Shown piece by piece: positions 49,388 to 59,706 of a DNA stretch of 60,488 nt (its first letter is position 1; each line of letters opens with the position of its first letter). The translations under genes were made by a program, and so were the position numbers. The notes beneath the pieces were generated by a model. That model was not told the origin of the DNA, searched no databases, and saw only the letters and a list, made by a program, of their open reading frames with translations. Source of the stretch: an uncultured Collinsella sp. (GTDB lineage Bacteria > Actinomycetota > Coriobacteriia > Coriobacteriales > Coriobacteriaceae); contig USAX01000001.1 of NCBI GenBank assembly GCA_900552705.1, forward strand, positions 1 to 60,488, written 5' to 3'.

Positions 49388-51271
49388 ATGGGTACCTGCG
49401 AGCGACATATCGGCCACGCGACCGCCCGATCCGCACCCGTGGCGGATCCCAGAGGCGGCAGGCTCTTCGCCATGCCGCGATTCCTTGTGGGCATATCGCA
49501 TCGTGTATACCGCCATCGCGTCTTTGTTATCGCCGGCGCCATTACCGCGCTGTTCCTTATGCTTTTGGCAGTCTTGCCGGCGTTGTTCGCCTCCGACCCC
49601 AAACTTTCCAACACCGTGCCCGCCTATAGCGAGGTGTCCGAAGAGGTCGTGGATGCGCTCGTCCACTCGAGCTCTCTCCCGTTGCTTGTCGCCGCAATTA
49701 TATTTTCGATCTGGGGCGTATCGGTCTATCTGCGCTGTTTGGACTATGTGTTGCGCCGCCGCCTTGTTGCCGTCGCCACCATCTGCGCCCTCTGGATGAT
49801 TGAGGTCATCCTCAAATACAAGTCGTTCACACCGGTCTACGCCACGATCCTGTGGTACCTGTACTACGTGCCCATGACGCTCATTCCGCTGCTCTACCAG
49901 CTGTGCGGCCTGCGCCTTGCGGGGCTGGAACAACACCGTGCGGGCCGTCGCTATCGCAGCATCCTGTGGGTCGTGGCCATCCTACTTATCGGTTTTGTGC
50001 TCACCAACGATTTCCACCGGCAGGTATTCCACTTTGACCGTGCAAGCGACACCTGGAGCAACGATTACACATATGGCTGGGGCTATTTCGCTGTCTTGGT
50101 GTGGACGGCCTTTAACTTCGCGGCCTTTTTTATCCTGGTGGGTCGGTCCTCGTCCTTTCGCATTCAGCGCTTTTCGGGCACGGCGGCGCTTGTTTTGTTG
50201 GGTGCCGCGTTCTTTGCCATCTCGTATGCTCTGCGCGTGCCCTGGGCATGGAGGCTCAACTTCTCGCTCGTCTATTGCGTCTTGTGCGTGGTGGCGATGG
50301 AAATCTGTCTCGATTGCGGTGTCATTCCGTCATATCACGACATTGCCGGCATCTTCGACACCTTGCCGCTCGACCTCAAAGTTCTAACGCGCGACCTGCA
50401 GGAAGTCTATGCCACACCGGTGTCGAAGCCAATGCCGGCGGGCGTGTGCGAAGAGCTTCGGGCCCAGGAACACGGGCATGCCCACGCCTTTGTCGTGGCG
50501 TCCGATCCCGATGTAATGTATCGCGCCTTTCCACTGCTGGGCGGATCGGCCCTGCTTGCCCAAGACGTGTCGGAGCTCAACGAGCTTAACCGTGAACTGG
50601 CACATCGTCGCATGGAGCTGCAGCGCCAAAATGAGCTGCTCACGGCCGACTACGATCTTAAGACGCATCTGGCAGATCAAGAGGCCGAGACCTTGCTCGT
50701 TCAAGATGTAGACCGGGCGCTTGCCCGCGCGTTCGAAGAGATGTACGACCTGCTGAGCTCGCTGCCACCGTTGACCGACGAGGCGTCTTCGCACGAGCGT
50801 TACCGCATGCTGCAGCGCGCCAAGATGCTCGTCGCCTATTGCAAGCGCAAAGGGTCGCTCACGTTGGCACAGCATGGGGAGAGCGGTTTTGATCGCGACC
50901 GCATTCAACTCATTGCTAATGAGCTCGCAAGCGACCTGCGCACCATCGATGTCGATTGCGCCTCGATTATCGCCATACGGCGCCCGATGCACGCCAGTAC
51001 GGTAAGCGCCCTGTACGACTGCGTGTATGACTTTGCGTTTTTTGCCTACACCACCGACCATCCGGCGCTTATGTATCACTTGGGCGACCATGACCGGTGC
51101 AGTGTCGAGCTGCGCGCCACGCTTTTTTCCAACGATGATGAAGATCTTTCGCAGACGCCCGCTGCGCAAGAGCTCGAAAGCGCTCTGCAAAGGCGCAACG
51201 TGGCATACCGTCTTGAGGGCGAGCCCGGCCAGCTGCGCATGATCGTCTTGATGCCGAGGGCGGGTGAGTGA
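49388..51271 (+). CDS. Multi-TM sensor (HisKA_7TM-like) with degenerate kinase-like C-terminus; start uncertain (49388 or 49472)
   Basis: WYLYYVP and VLTNDFH...F multi-TM block, coiled coil; no H-box or G-box recognisable. Confidence 0.7.
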   Translation: MGTCERHIGHATARSAPVADPRGGRLFAMPRFLVGISHRVYRHRVFVIAGAITALFLMLLAVLPALFASDPKLSNTVPAYSEVSEEVVDALVHSSSLPLLVAAIIFSIWGVSVYLRCLDYVLRRRLVAVATICALWMIEVILKYKSFTPVYATILWYLYYVPMTLIPLLYQLCGLRLAGLEQHRAGRRYRSILWVVAILLIGFVLTNDFHRQVFHFDRASDTWSNDYTYGWGYFAVLVWTAFNFAAFFILVGRSSSFRIQRFSGTAALVLLGAAFFAISYALRVPWAWRLNFSLVYCVLCVVAMEICLDCGVIPSYHDIAGIFDTLPLDLKVLTRDLQEVYATPVSKPMPAGVCEELRAQEHGHAHAFVVASDPDVMYRAFPLLGGSALLAQDVSELNELNRELAHRRMELQRQNELLTADYDLKTHLADQEAETLLVQDVDRALARAFEEMYDLLSSLPPLTDEASSHERYRMLQRAKMLVAYCKRKGSLTLAQHGESGFDRDRIQLIANELASDLRTIDVDCASIIAIRRPMHASTVSALYDCVYDFAFFAYTTDHPALMYHLGDHDRCSVELRATLFSNDDEDLSQTPAAQELESALQRRNVAYRLEGEPGQLRMIVLMPRAGE

Positions 51272-52767
51272 CGATGCAGATTTCGCTCATCCTTCCCCAA
51301 ATCGTTGCGCTCGATGTTGTCTTTGCCCTGGCTGCGTGTCTGCAGACGATCCACGTCCCGCTCATCGCATCGCGCCGCTCGTCCTATAACCGTAAGGTGA
51401 TTTGCGCCTACGAGGCGAGCCTTGTGCTTCACCTGATGATTTCGGCGCTCATCTTATTCGCGTCGTCTGGCTCGTATCTGGTGGCGTCGCTTGACGTTTG
51501 CGCCAGGGCAATGGGCGGAGTGCTGTGGCTCAATGCCGCGATCTTTGCCTATGGCGTGGTCCTTATGGTGCGCTATCGTCGCCCTGTCATGCTGGCCGAG
51601 CTGCTGCTTGTTGGCGCCGTGACACCGCCGGTGGTTTTTGCCATGGGCTCGGTGTGGGCCGTTGCCCTTATCGCAGAGGGAGCGTTCTTCCTGTTCCGTT
51701 CCGTCGCGGCGCTCTTGATGGACGTCCGTAACCGCCAGGAGGATATCACCGCGTTCTCGACGATCGAAACCATCAACGTGATTCCCGTGGGCATCCTGTA
51801 TCTGGACTCGAGGGGCCGTCCACTGCTCATGAACCGCTGCATGCGTAAAAACCTGGTGGAGCTTCATATGCCCACCGACCTAGGCGATATGAGCGGTACA
51901 TGGAACGACCTGCGCAAGCTCAGCATGCAAATGCCCGAAGGCGGTAAGAACCGCGTGCGGATCAACCTGGACCGCTTTGGTGAGGCGCGTGCGGTGGTCG
52001 AGGTTTCTCCCGCCGAGATTCGCCTGTTTGTGTGCGACGACGTTATGGTTTCGGGTCGCCCCTTGGAGCGCATCATCGGCTTGGACGTGACGGAGTACGC
52101 ACATGCCCATGACCGCCTGGCGCACGCCAACCGACTGCTCGAGCTTGCGGGCCAAGAACTTCAATCGCAGATCGAAGAGGTCAAAAAAGTTGCTGACAAT
52201 GCGGCCTATCTGCGTATGCGCGCTCGCGTGCACGACGTGATCGGGCAGCGCCTGTCCATCCTCCATCGTTATCTGGAGGAGGGACGTCTGGATGACGAGT
52301 CACTCGAGCAGATCGACCCGCTGCTGCGCTCAATCGCTGCCGATCTGCGCAGCGGGGGCGACGCCGAACCGGCAGAGCAACTGGGCGATATCGTCCATGC
52401 CTTTGGTCTGGTGAGCGTGCAGATCGATGTTGAGGGCGCACTGCCTGAGGACGTGCGTGTCGCTGCAGCCTTTCTGCAGATTATCCGCGAGGCCTCGACC
52501 AATGCCACCAAGCATGCGCAGGCCCATCAGGTCCATGTGCGCCTGTGGCAGGAGACGTCGGAAGACGGTGCTGTTGCGCGGATGACCGTTTCTAACGACG
52601 GCGCGCCTGCACCCGTATCGTATCACGAGGGAACGGGTATCCCTGGTATGAGGCATGTCGCACAGAATCTGGGCGGCAGCCTGGAAGTCCACGCCGCCCC
52701 GCCCTTTACGCTTGCAGTGTCCATCCCGCTCGCCTCCAACGCCACGGTCCAAAGGAGAAGCTCATGA
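51268..52767 (+). CDS. Membrane histidine kinase (HisKA_3-like)
   Basis: RVHDVIGQRLS, REASTNATKHA, SNDG and GTGIPGM. Confidence 0.85.
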   Translation: MTMQISLILPQIVALDVVFALAACLQTIHVPLIASRRSSYNRKVICAYEASLVLHLMISALILFASSGSYLVASLDVCARAMGGVLWLNAAIFAYGVVLMVRYRRPVMLAELLLVGAVTPPVVFAMGSVWAVALIAEGAFFLFRSVAALLMDVRNRQEDITAFSTIETINVIPVGILYLDSRGRPLLMNRCMRKNLVELHMPTDLGDMSGTWNDLRKLSMQMPEGGKNRVRINLDRFGEARAVVEVSPAEIRLFVCDDVMVSGRPLERIIGLDVTEYAHAHDRLAHANRLLELAGQELQSQIEEVKKVADNAAYLRMRARVHDVIGQRLSILHRYLEEGRLDDESLEQIDPLLRSIAADLRSGGDAEPAEQLGDIVHAFGLVSVQIDVEGALPEDVRVAAAFLQIIREASTNATKHAQAHQVHVRLWQETSEDGAVARMTVSNDGAPAPVSYHEGTGIPGMRHVAQNLGGSLEVHAAPPFTLAVSIPLASNATVQRRSS

Positions 52768-53384
52768 TCCGCGTGTTAATCGTCGAAGACCAGGCTATCT
52801 TGCGCGAGAGCCTGGCGCGTTCCGTGGGCGACCAGCCCGACATGACCGTTATCGCCGCGATCGCCGACGCCTCGGATGCCTTGGACGTTGTGCTCAAGGA
52901 GCGTCCGGACATGATACTGATGGATGTGTGCACCGAGCACGATTCCAACGGCATCGTGGCGGCGGCGCGCATCAAAGAACAACTGCCCGAGTGTCGCGTC
53001 ATCATCATGACGGGTATGCCCGAGATCACCTTTGTGGACCAGGCGCGCGAGGCGGGCGTCGACAGCTTTGTGTACAAGAACGTCGGTATCGACGAGCTAT
53101 TCGCCGTGATGCGCTCCACGCTGGCGGGTTACTGCACGTTTCCCAAGCCGCCCGAGAGCATCTTCTCCGGCACGGCGGCCCTCGACGATGTCGAGCTGTC
53201 GATCTTGCGCCTTGCCTGCGAGGGTAAAAGCCGCCGCGAGATTGCGGCCGAGCTGTTTATGAGCGAGGGCACCATCAAACGCCGCATCTCGGAGATTCTC
53301 AACAAGACCGGCTACGACAACATCATGCGCCTGGCCGTGCGCGCGGTGACCGAGGGCAGCATCGTTCCCAACATGGAGCGCTAA
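52764..53384 (+). CDS. NarL/LuxR-family response regulator
   Basis: VEDQ, LMDV, YK and EIAAELFMSEGTIK. Confidence 0.92.
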   Translation: MIRVLIVEDQAILRESLARSVGDQPDMTVIAAIADASDALDVVLKERPDMILMDVCTEHDSNGIVAAARIKEQLPECRVIIMTGMPEITFVDQAREAGVDSFVYKNVGIDELFAVMRSTLAGYCTFPKPPESIFSGTAALDDVELSILRLACEGKSRREIAAELFMSEGTIKRRISEILNKTGYDNIMRLAVRAVTEGSIVPNMER

Positions 53385-53410
53385 CGCTCGTTACGCATCG
53401 GCATAAAAGC

Positions 53411-53445
53411 GACGGGGCCGCAGGATCAACTCCTGCGGCCCCGTC
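53411..53445. terminator. Bidirectional terminator hairpin
   Basis: gacggggccgcagga-tcaac-tcctgcggccccgtc between convergent genes. Confidence 0.7.
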
Positions 53446-53493
53446 TGGTGTGCGCGGATGTGTCCGCCAATCCGCGGCTGTCGTGGTCTACCG

Positions 53494-54336
53494 CTACGCG
53501 ATGGTTGCGCTGTAGGAGGCGACGTCCTCGTAGGAATCGGTCAGGTAGGCGTCGATGCCGATGGTCGTGTTGACCAGGTCGTCAAGGCTGTCAAGCTCGC
53601 CGCTCGAGAACGTGAATTCCTCGGTGGCGTTGGTGCCGGGCATCAGGTGAGCCGAGAACCAGGGTTCCTTCATGGTGCCGTTGACGTTGGTCTTGCCGGA
53701 AGGAGCGTAGAAGGTCAGGTCCTTGTCGCTCTTGTTGGTGATGTTGACGACAAAACCGATGTCGCCCCACTCGTCCTTGAACTTCTCGGTGATGGTGATG
53801 GTGCACAGGTCGTCATCGGCAACGGTGACGGCGGGGGAGATTTCAATCTTCTGGACGTCGTCGTCTTCGACGGCCTCGTCGATCTCTTCTTCCTTCTCGG
53901 CCGCTTCGCGATCCTTCTTCACCGTGCCGGACAGATCCTTGTCGGACTTGGTAAAGACAAGATTGCCGTCATCCTCTTCGAGAATGAGCTTGCCGTCCTT
54001 GAGCTTCATGTCATGCGACTCGTCTTCGGCGGTGATGGTTACGGTGGTGGCGTCCTTGGCCTCCCACTTAAGGTCGACAACCTCAAGGAACAGGTCGAGG
54101 GAACCCGTGCCGTCCTCATCGAGGATCAGGATGCAGTTGACGCCCCACTCCTCGAGCATATCCATGTACTCGTCGGTTAGCTCTTCGCCCTCCAGGGTTC
54201 CACCCGAGAGTTCCCAGCTGCCGACGAAGTTGGCCTTGGGGTCTTTGCCGCCGCCGCTGCAGCCCGTCAGGGCAAAGGCGAGCGCAAGGACGCATGTCAG
54301 AAATGCGAGTACGGACTTTTTGAACGTTGTCTTCAT
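53494..54336 (-). CDS. Acidic lipoprotein of unknown function
   Basis: MKTTFKK signal with lipobox LTGC; GGAGG RBS; VGSWEL lipocalin-like start. Confidence 0.8.
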   Translation of the reverse strand: MKTTFKKSVLAFLTCVLALAFALTGCSGGGKDPKANFVGSWELSGGTLEGEELTDEYMDMLEEWGVNCILILDEDGTGSLDLFLEVVDLKWEAKDATTVTITAEDESHDMKLKDGKLILEEDDGNLVFTKSDKDLSGTVKKDREAAEKEEEIDEAVEDDDVQKIEISPAVTVADDDLCTITITEKFKDEWGDIGFVVNITNKSDKDLTFYAPSGKTNVNGTMKEPWFSAHLMPGTNATEEFTFSSGELDSLDDLVNTTIGIDAYLTDSYEDVASYSATIA

Positions 54337-54416
54337 GGTGTCCTCCTTTATCGAACGAAACCCATAGAAGCAAATGCGGGGGTGGCGGATCCCCCGCCAA
54401 TTACCAGATAAAGGGG

Positions 54417-55655
54417 CTAGGGCCTGGGCGTTCCGCAGTTGCTGCAGAACTTGCCGCCGTTTTCGCTGCCGCAGTTGGGGCAGAACCACTTGGCCGGTGC
54501 CGGGGCAGGAGCGGGGCTTCCGCAGTTGCTGCAGAACTTGCCGGTGTTGGTGGCGCCGCAGCTGCAAGTCCAGCCGCCGGCCGCAGGTGCGGCAGGAGCC
54601 GGTGCGGGGGCGGGTGCCGGAGCCGGCTGTGGGGCAGCCTGCTGCTGTGCCTGGCCGGCGGCGAACAGCTGGCCGGCGTTCATACCGCCCATGCCACCTG
54701 CCATGCCCATGCCCATAAAGCCTGCCATCGCGCCGTTGGGGTTGGCGGCTGCCGCGCGCATTGCGTCGCTCTGGGCGCTGGCGATGTTGGCTGCTGCCAT
54801 GGTGGGATCGCGCATGACCGCGGCCTTCTGCAGGTCCTTGATCATCTGCTCGTCTTCTTGCGAGGCGGCGATGGAGTTAACGCCAAAGCTCACGATCTCG
54901 ACGCCGCGCAGGTCGCGCCAGTCGGCGGAGAGGACCTCGTTGAGCGCGCGGGCGAGCTCGGTGGTGTGGCCGGGGATGACACTGTAGCGGATGCCCATTT
55001 CCGAGATCTTGGCAAAGGCGGGCTGCAGGGCGGTGAGCAGCTCGGACTTAAGCTGGCTGTCGATCTTGTCGCGCGTGTAGCTATCGGTCACGTTGCCGCA
55101 CACGTTGGTGTAGAACAGCAGCGGGTTGGTGATGCGGTACGAGTACTCGCCGTTGCAGCGCACGGAGATGTCGACGTCCAGGCCGATGTTGTTGTCGACC
55201 ACGCGGAAGGGCACGGGCGAGGCGGTGCCGTACTTGTTGCCGATGATCTCCTTGGTGTTGATGAAGTAGACGCGCTGGTCCTTGCCCGCGTCGCCGCCAA
55301 AGGTAAAGCGGCTGCCGATATTGGCGAAGGTCTCCTTGATGGAGTCGCCCAGGTTGCCGCTAAAGACGCTCGGCTCGCTGCCGGTGTCAAAGACAAACTC
55401 GCCGGGCTCGAGTGCGACCTCGATGATCTTGCCGTTTTGCACCACGAGCATGCCCTGGCCGTCGTTGACGGCGATGACGGAGCCGTTGGAGATGACGTTG
55501 TCCTCGCCGCGCGTGTTGGAGCTGCGGCCGCCGGTGCGCTTGCGGCCCTTGCAGGCCAAGACGTCAGCGGGCATCGATTCGCAATAGATAAATTCCTTCC
55601 ATTGGTCGGCCATGACGCCGCCGGCAGCTCCCAATCCAGCTTTCAAGAGTCCCAT
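54417..55655 (-). CDS. SPFH/Band_7_1 (YdjI-like) protein with C-terminal Zn ribbons
   Basis: ISNGSVIAVNDGQ, QRVYFINTKE, GMGMAGG linker and repeated CxxCG. Confidence 0.85.
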   Translation of the reverse strand: MGLLKAGLGAAGGVMADQWKEFIYCESMPADVLACKGRKRTGGRSSNTRGEDNVISNGSVIAVNDGQGMLVVQNGKIIEVALEPGEFVFDTGSEPSVFSGNLGDSIKETFANIGSRFTFGGDAGKDQRVYFINTKEIIGNKYGTASPVPFRVVDNNIGLDVDISVRCNGEYSYRITNPLLFYTNVCGNVTDSYTRDKIDSQLKSELLTALQPAFAKISEMGIRYSVIPGHTTELARALNEVLSADWRDLRGVEIVSFGVNSIAASQEDEQMIKDLQKAAVMRDPTMAAANIASAQSDAMRAAAANPNGAMAGFMGMGMAGGMGGMNAGQLFAAGQAQQQAAPQPAPAPAPAPAPAAPAAGGWTCSCGATNTGKFCSNCGSPAPAPAPAKWFCPNCGSENGGKFCSNCGTPRP

Positions 55656-55703
55656 GGTGATCTTCCTTTCTCGTCAATGGCCGGGTGGTATTGGTTGGGG
55701 TGA

Positions 55704-57026
55704 TTAATCGTCCTTGCTGTCCTTCATGACAACGGTGGTCTCGGTGTGGCTGAAGGTGTCGTGTTTCTCGGTCAGGTCGAGCTCGCCGCAGTACTCGTCG
55801 GCGTGGGTGGCCTCGTTGGCCGTCTTGAGCTGGCCTACCAGTAGCACGTCTCCGATAATCACGATGATCAGCGGCGCGATGATGTTGATGAGGATGCCCT
55901 CGATATCAAAGGCGAGGTAATCCGGATCGAAGGCGTTCTCGCCCATAAAGAGAATCTGGGAGAGGACAAATCCGATCACAAAGAACAGCGCCGAGGCGAT
56001 GGCGAGCTTGGGCTTGGAGCAGGGGAGCTCGCCGACCAAGCGGCCGGTCTGGCCGTTCATGGCAAACAGGTAGCTCTTGCCGTTCCACGAGGTGGAGAGC
56101 ATCCAGACGGGGAACAGGGCGTAGTCGCTGTCTTCCCAGGTGTAGTCGAGCTGCTTGCTTTCGACCGTGGCATCGTCGTATTCGTCGACGACAGTCTCGC
56201 GCAGGGCCGAAATCGCGCTTTCTTCCATACGGCGCTCGGCGCGCGCCTTGCAGGTCTCGCAGTCCTCGTCGTAACGGTTGGCGATGTAGCCGGGCATATA
56301 TGCGACCGAGAACGGACGCAGCGCGTCGTAGTCAAACGGCTCGATGGCGTCCATGTGGCCGTCGGGCATCTTGGACGATCCGTCGACGGGCACGCGCTTA
56401 AACGAGATATTGCCCTTGCGATAGGCATCGTAGTGGTCGGTGGTCGTGACGGTGCGGTCGGATTCCTCGGTCACGGTCTCGTTGGTCGCGTCAAAGTACA
56501 CTTCGCCGTCCACGCGGGCGCCGTAGAGCCAAAACGGCACGTAGACACCTTGGACCTCGTCGATGTGGTTGCCGGTGACAAAGCTCTTGGGCAGCAAGAT
56601 CTTGCCCTTGTAGTGTTCCTTGAGTGCGGCCGTGACGTCGTCGCGCCCGAGCTTAAACGGAATCACCAGGTCGGGCGAGAAGTCGCCCGAGAGCTGGCCG
56701 GGCGCCACGGCGGAGTTGCCGCAGTACGGGCAGGTGGTGACGGCGACGGTGCCGTCGGACACGAGCTCGGCGCCGCACGACGAGCAGATGTAGCCGGCGT
56801 TTTGGGCGAGCTCCTGCACCGCGTCGTCGGCGACGGACTTGGGCGTTGCGGCTGCCGCATCGGCTTTGGCGTCGGCCTTGTCCTGGCGCTCGCGATAGAG
56901 GGCCTCGACTTCTTCGACTTCAAAGCGTGAGTCACAGTAGTCGCAGACAAGCTTTTGCTCGGCGCTGGCAAAATGCAGGGGACTACCGCAGGCAGGGCAC
57001 TGATAGTTAACGCTCTCGAAGGCCAT
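55704..57026 (-). CDS. Double Zn-ribbon membrane protein (YdjG-like)
   Basis: CPACG/CDYC and CSSCG/CPYCG, VIPF, YVPFW, IEPFD, PVW, NGQTG and two TMs. Confidence 0.75.
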   Translation of the reverse strand: MAFESVNYQCPACGSPLHFASAEQKLVCDYCDSRFEVEEVEALYRERQDKADAKADAAAATPKSVADDAVQELAQNAGYICSSCGAELVSDGTVAVTTCPYCGNSAVAPGQLSGDFSPDLVIPFKLGRDDVTAALKEHYKGKILLPKSFVTGNHIDEVQGVYVPFWLYGARVDGEVYFDATNETVTEESDRTVTTTDHYDAYRKGNISFKRVPVDGSSKMPDGHMDAIEPFDYDALRPFSVAYMPGYIANRYDEDCETCKARAERRMEESAISALRETVVDEYDDATVESKQLDYTWEDSDYALFPVWMLSTSWNGKSYLFAMNGQTGRLVGELPCSKPKLAIASALFFVIGFVLSQILFMGENAFDPDYLAFDIEGILINIIAPLIIVIIGDVLLVGQLKTANEATHADEYCGELDLTEKHDTFSHTETTVVMKDSKDD

Positions 57027-57050
57027 GATCGGTCCTTTCCGTGCCGGAGA

Positions 57051-57788
57051 CTATGCGCCGATGGCGCCGCCGCAGTATTCGCAGCGCCCACTGGCATCGG
57101 GAATGGTGGTGGCTCCGCAGAAGGGGCAGGTCACCGCGGTCTTGGGGGCCTTGGCGGCCACGACGCTGTCGCGCGTCTCCTGGCGCAGCTGCACCAGCGC
57201 GTCGCGGACCTCGGTTGCCTGGCGCTTGGCCTCGCGGTATTCGATGGAGCCGCGCTGATCGATGGTGGAGTCGTTTACGCGCAGGTTGATCTCGGTAAAG
57301 TACGGCGTGTTGACGTGAATGGTCAGATTAAAGTCGTAATCCAGGTCGTAGCGCGGCGGGTTGTAGCTCTCGCGCTCGCCGTCCTCGGTCTCGCGATAGA
57401 TCTCGGTGCGATGCTCGTCGATATCCATATCGCAGCCGAGTACCTGCGAGAACTCGATGATGTCGGGATTGGCGTCGCGCCAGCGGCTCTGCGAGGTGAT
57501 GATCAGCAGGCCCGCGTCCTCATCGAGCATGATGTTGGTGCGCCCGGCAGAAAGCGTGCGCGTGGGGTTGAACGACGCCAGGCGCTCGGCATTGGCCTCG
57601 CGGTAGGCGAGCTGCTCGCGGATATCGTCCGCGGTGCTGGAGCGATAGCCGTGAAAGTAGGGGGAGAGCTTGCCGGCGCACTCTTTGCACAGGTAGCCTT
57701 CATTGATTTTTGTCTTACCTAGAAGTCCCAGCTCGGTACCGCAAATCGCGCACTCTTTCTTCTCGAACATCTTGTCAAAGAAGCCCAT
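57051..57788 (-). CDS. DUF4428-like Zn-ribbon protein
   Basis: CAICG...LCKEC at the N-terminus; CPFCG...CEYCG at the C-terminus. Confidence 0.75.
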   Translation of the reverse strand: MGFFDKMFEKKECAICGTELGLLGKTKINEGYLCKECAGKLSPYFHGYRSSTADDIREQLAYREANAERLASFNPTRTLSAGRTNIMLDEDAGLLIITSQSRWRDANPDIIEFSQVLGCDMDIDEHRTEIYRETEDGERESYNPPRYDLDYDFNLTIHVNTPYFTEINLRVNDSTIDQRGSIEYREAKRQATEVRDALVQLRQETRDSVVAAKAPKTAVTCPFCGATTIPDASGRCEYCGGAIGA

Positions 57789-57907
57789 GGCTGCCTCCCA
57801 TCAACTGGTAGCGTGTGTCACTTTTGATGATGGGGGAGTGCACAGCCTTTCACGATACCCAGACGGCTCAACGAGTCTCCACAACTGGGACACATGGCCC
57901 ATTTTTC

Positions 57908-57932
57908 CTACTCATTGGGGACACTCTTTGTC
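57908..57932. repeat. GGGGAC-tagged repeat
   Basis: ctactcattggggacactctttgtc. Confidence 0.7.
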
Positions 57933-57968
57933 GAATGCGGCGGCTGCCGAATGTGGGCGCCGTTCTTG

Positions 57969-59480
57969 CTATGCCACGGTCACGGCGATCTGGGCGTAGC
58001 GGGTGCAGGGGCGCCCGGCGCGCGTCTGCACGGTAAGCGTGAGTACGAAGCGGTCACCGGGCTGCGCGTCGGCGGGCACGATGAAAGCGGTGTCCACCGT
58101 GCATTCTTGCCACATCGACAGATCCTGGACGCCTGCATAGCTCGATGGGTCTACGGCCACATCCCAATGTGCATCGAAGCCCTTGTCGTCGGGATCGACG
58201 ATGGTTGCCGCAAGGGCGACGCGCTCGCCGGCTGCGGCGCTGCGGTCGGCCGTGACCTCGACAACATGTGCCGGATGCGAGCAGATGGCCGGATCATGGG
58301 CGCACCATTGCGCGCGGGCGGCAAAGTTTTCCTGATAGGCACGCAGATAGGGATTGAGATTGTCGTCTGCGGGCGTGCCGATGGAGGCAAAACCGGCGGG
58401 CGCGCTCGCATCGGGGTGTCCATCAAGAAACATGCGGCCCAGCAGCGTATCGAAGTCGCGGTCGTCGATGCCGCGCAGGCCAAACGGCAGCAGTGGAATA
58501 TAGGTCATGCTGTCGCCTTCGGCCATAAAGTCGCCGCGCTCAAACTGCACCGCGGGCATGCCTTCCAGGCCCCAATCCAGGCGGGCATGCTTGCCAAACT
58601 GAAAGCGCTCGGGTTCGTTTTCGTAGACCTTACCATCGCCATAGAGCATATAGCGTGCCATGAGGGGGCCGTTGCCCTGCGTGAGATTCTGCTCGGGCCA
58701 GGGAGCCTTAAACAGCGGCAGCGTATCGGGCTGAGCTGTTTTGGCGTCGAAATAGTTGCCATACATATAGGGCGTACGCCAAAAGATGAGCTCGGGAAAG
58801 AGCTCGCGCCCATGGTCGAGCCACGAGTTGTCCTGTCCCACGCCATCGGCAACGCCCATCACGCGCACCTTCTGATAGACCTGCTGCTGCACGGCGGGCC
58901 ACTCGGGCGTGGCGCGATAGCGCTCGGCAATACTCATGAGGGCGCGAACGATCGTATTCATACCACCCCAGCTGAGCAACCATAACGTACGCGGATCATC
59001 ATCCAGAATCGCCTGCGCAATTACGCGAGACCCCTCAGTTTCCTCAGTCACATCACCCTCAAAGGCAACATTTCCCACAAACGTACGCTCGATCATCTGG
59101 GCAGGCGTGGGAAACGGCGGTTCACCGGCGGCGTCCGCATTTGCCTGCAACTGCGGCCAAGCCTGGGCATATTCATTACTCCAGAGACTCTCAATCCAAT
59201 GCTCGGGAAACGGCCGATACTCACGAAGCTCGCCGGCTAGCGGATCGGGCTCATGAGGCACAACAGCCCACTCATAAGAGCGCCGCCCTTTGGTCCGCCA
59301 ATGCGAATTCACCTCGCCGAGCGTATGAACCCCATCCCCAAGAAAGTGATACTGCGAAGCCGTATACACCACAGCCTGAACATCAAGCAAGTTGAGATAC
59401 AGAGCCAAATGAACAAGCGAGTTCATATCGTCGACTTCCATATCGGTAGTAACAATCACCCGAGTCAACTTCTGGGACAT
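57969..59480 (-). CDS. DUF1593 (nucleoside-hydrolase-like) protein with C-terminal Ig-like domain
   Basis: RVIVTTDMEVDD.NSLVH..LY, WGGMNT, EGDS, FAARAQW and DPD. Confidence 0.82.
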   Translation of the reverse strand: MSQKLTRVIVTTDMEVDDMNSLVHLALYLNLLDVQAVVYTASQYHFLGDGVHTLGEVNSHWRTKGRRSYEWAVVPHEPDPLAGELREYRPFPEHWIESLWSNEYAQAWPQLQANADAAGEPPFPTPAQMIERTFVGNVAFEGDVTEETEGSRVIAQAILDDDPRTLWLLSWGGMNTIVRALMSIAERYRATPEWPAVQQQVYQKVRVMGVADGVGQDNSWLDHGRELFPELIFWRTPYMYGNYFDAKTAQPDTLPLFKAPWPEQNLTQGNGPLMARYMLYGDGKVYENEPERFQFGKHARLDWGLEGMPAVQFERGDFMAEGDSMTYIPLLPFGLRGIDDRDFDTLLGRMFLDGHPDASAPAGFASIGTPADDNLNPYLRAYQENFAARAQWCAHDPAICSHPAHVVEVTADRSAAAGERVALAATIVDPDDKGFDAHWDVAVDPSSYAGVQDLSMWQECTVDTAFIVPADAQPGDRFVLTLTVQTRAGRPCTRYAQIAVTVA

Positions 59481-59706
59481 AGGAACAGCTCCAATCAAAA
59501 TCAATTCAGCCAGTTACGCGCAAGGCAAGACGGGACCCATGCCCCCATCGCCACCGACCCGGCGGCCCGCTAGAAGCGGCCGGCCAGGGTCACGGCAACG
59601 TCAACGCAGCGGGGACCGGGGTTTAGTCTTGCAAACATTCCGCACTGATATTGTCTGTATTGAAGACGTCGATGATGCGCCCGTATACCATTGACGTCGA
59701 CACCAT

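Noticed and set aside
59623..59706. Minus-strand tail (VSTSMVYGRIIDVFNTD...*) as the remnant of a gene disrupted by IS110
   Set aside because: Plausible but too short to assign without a search.
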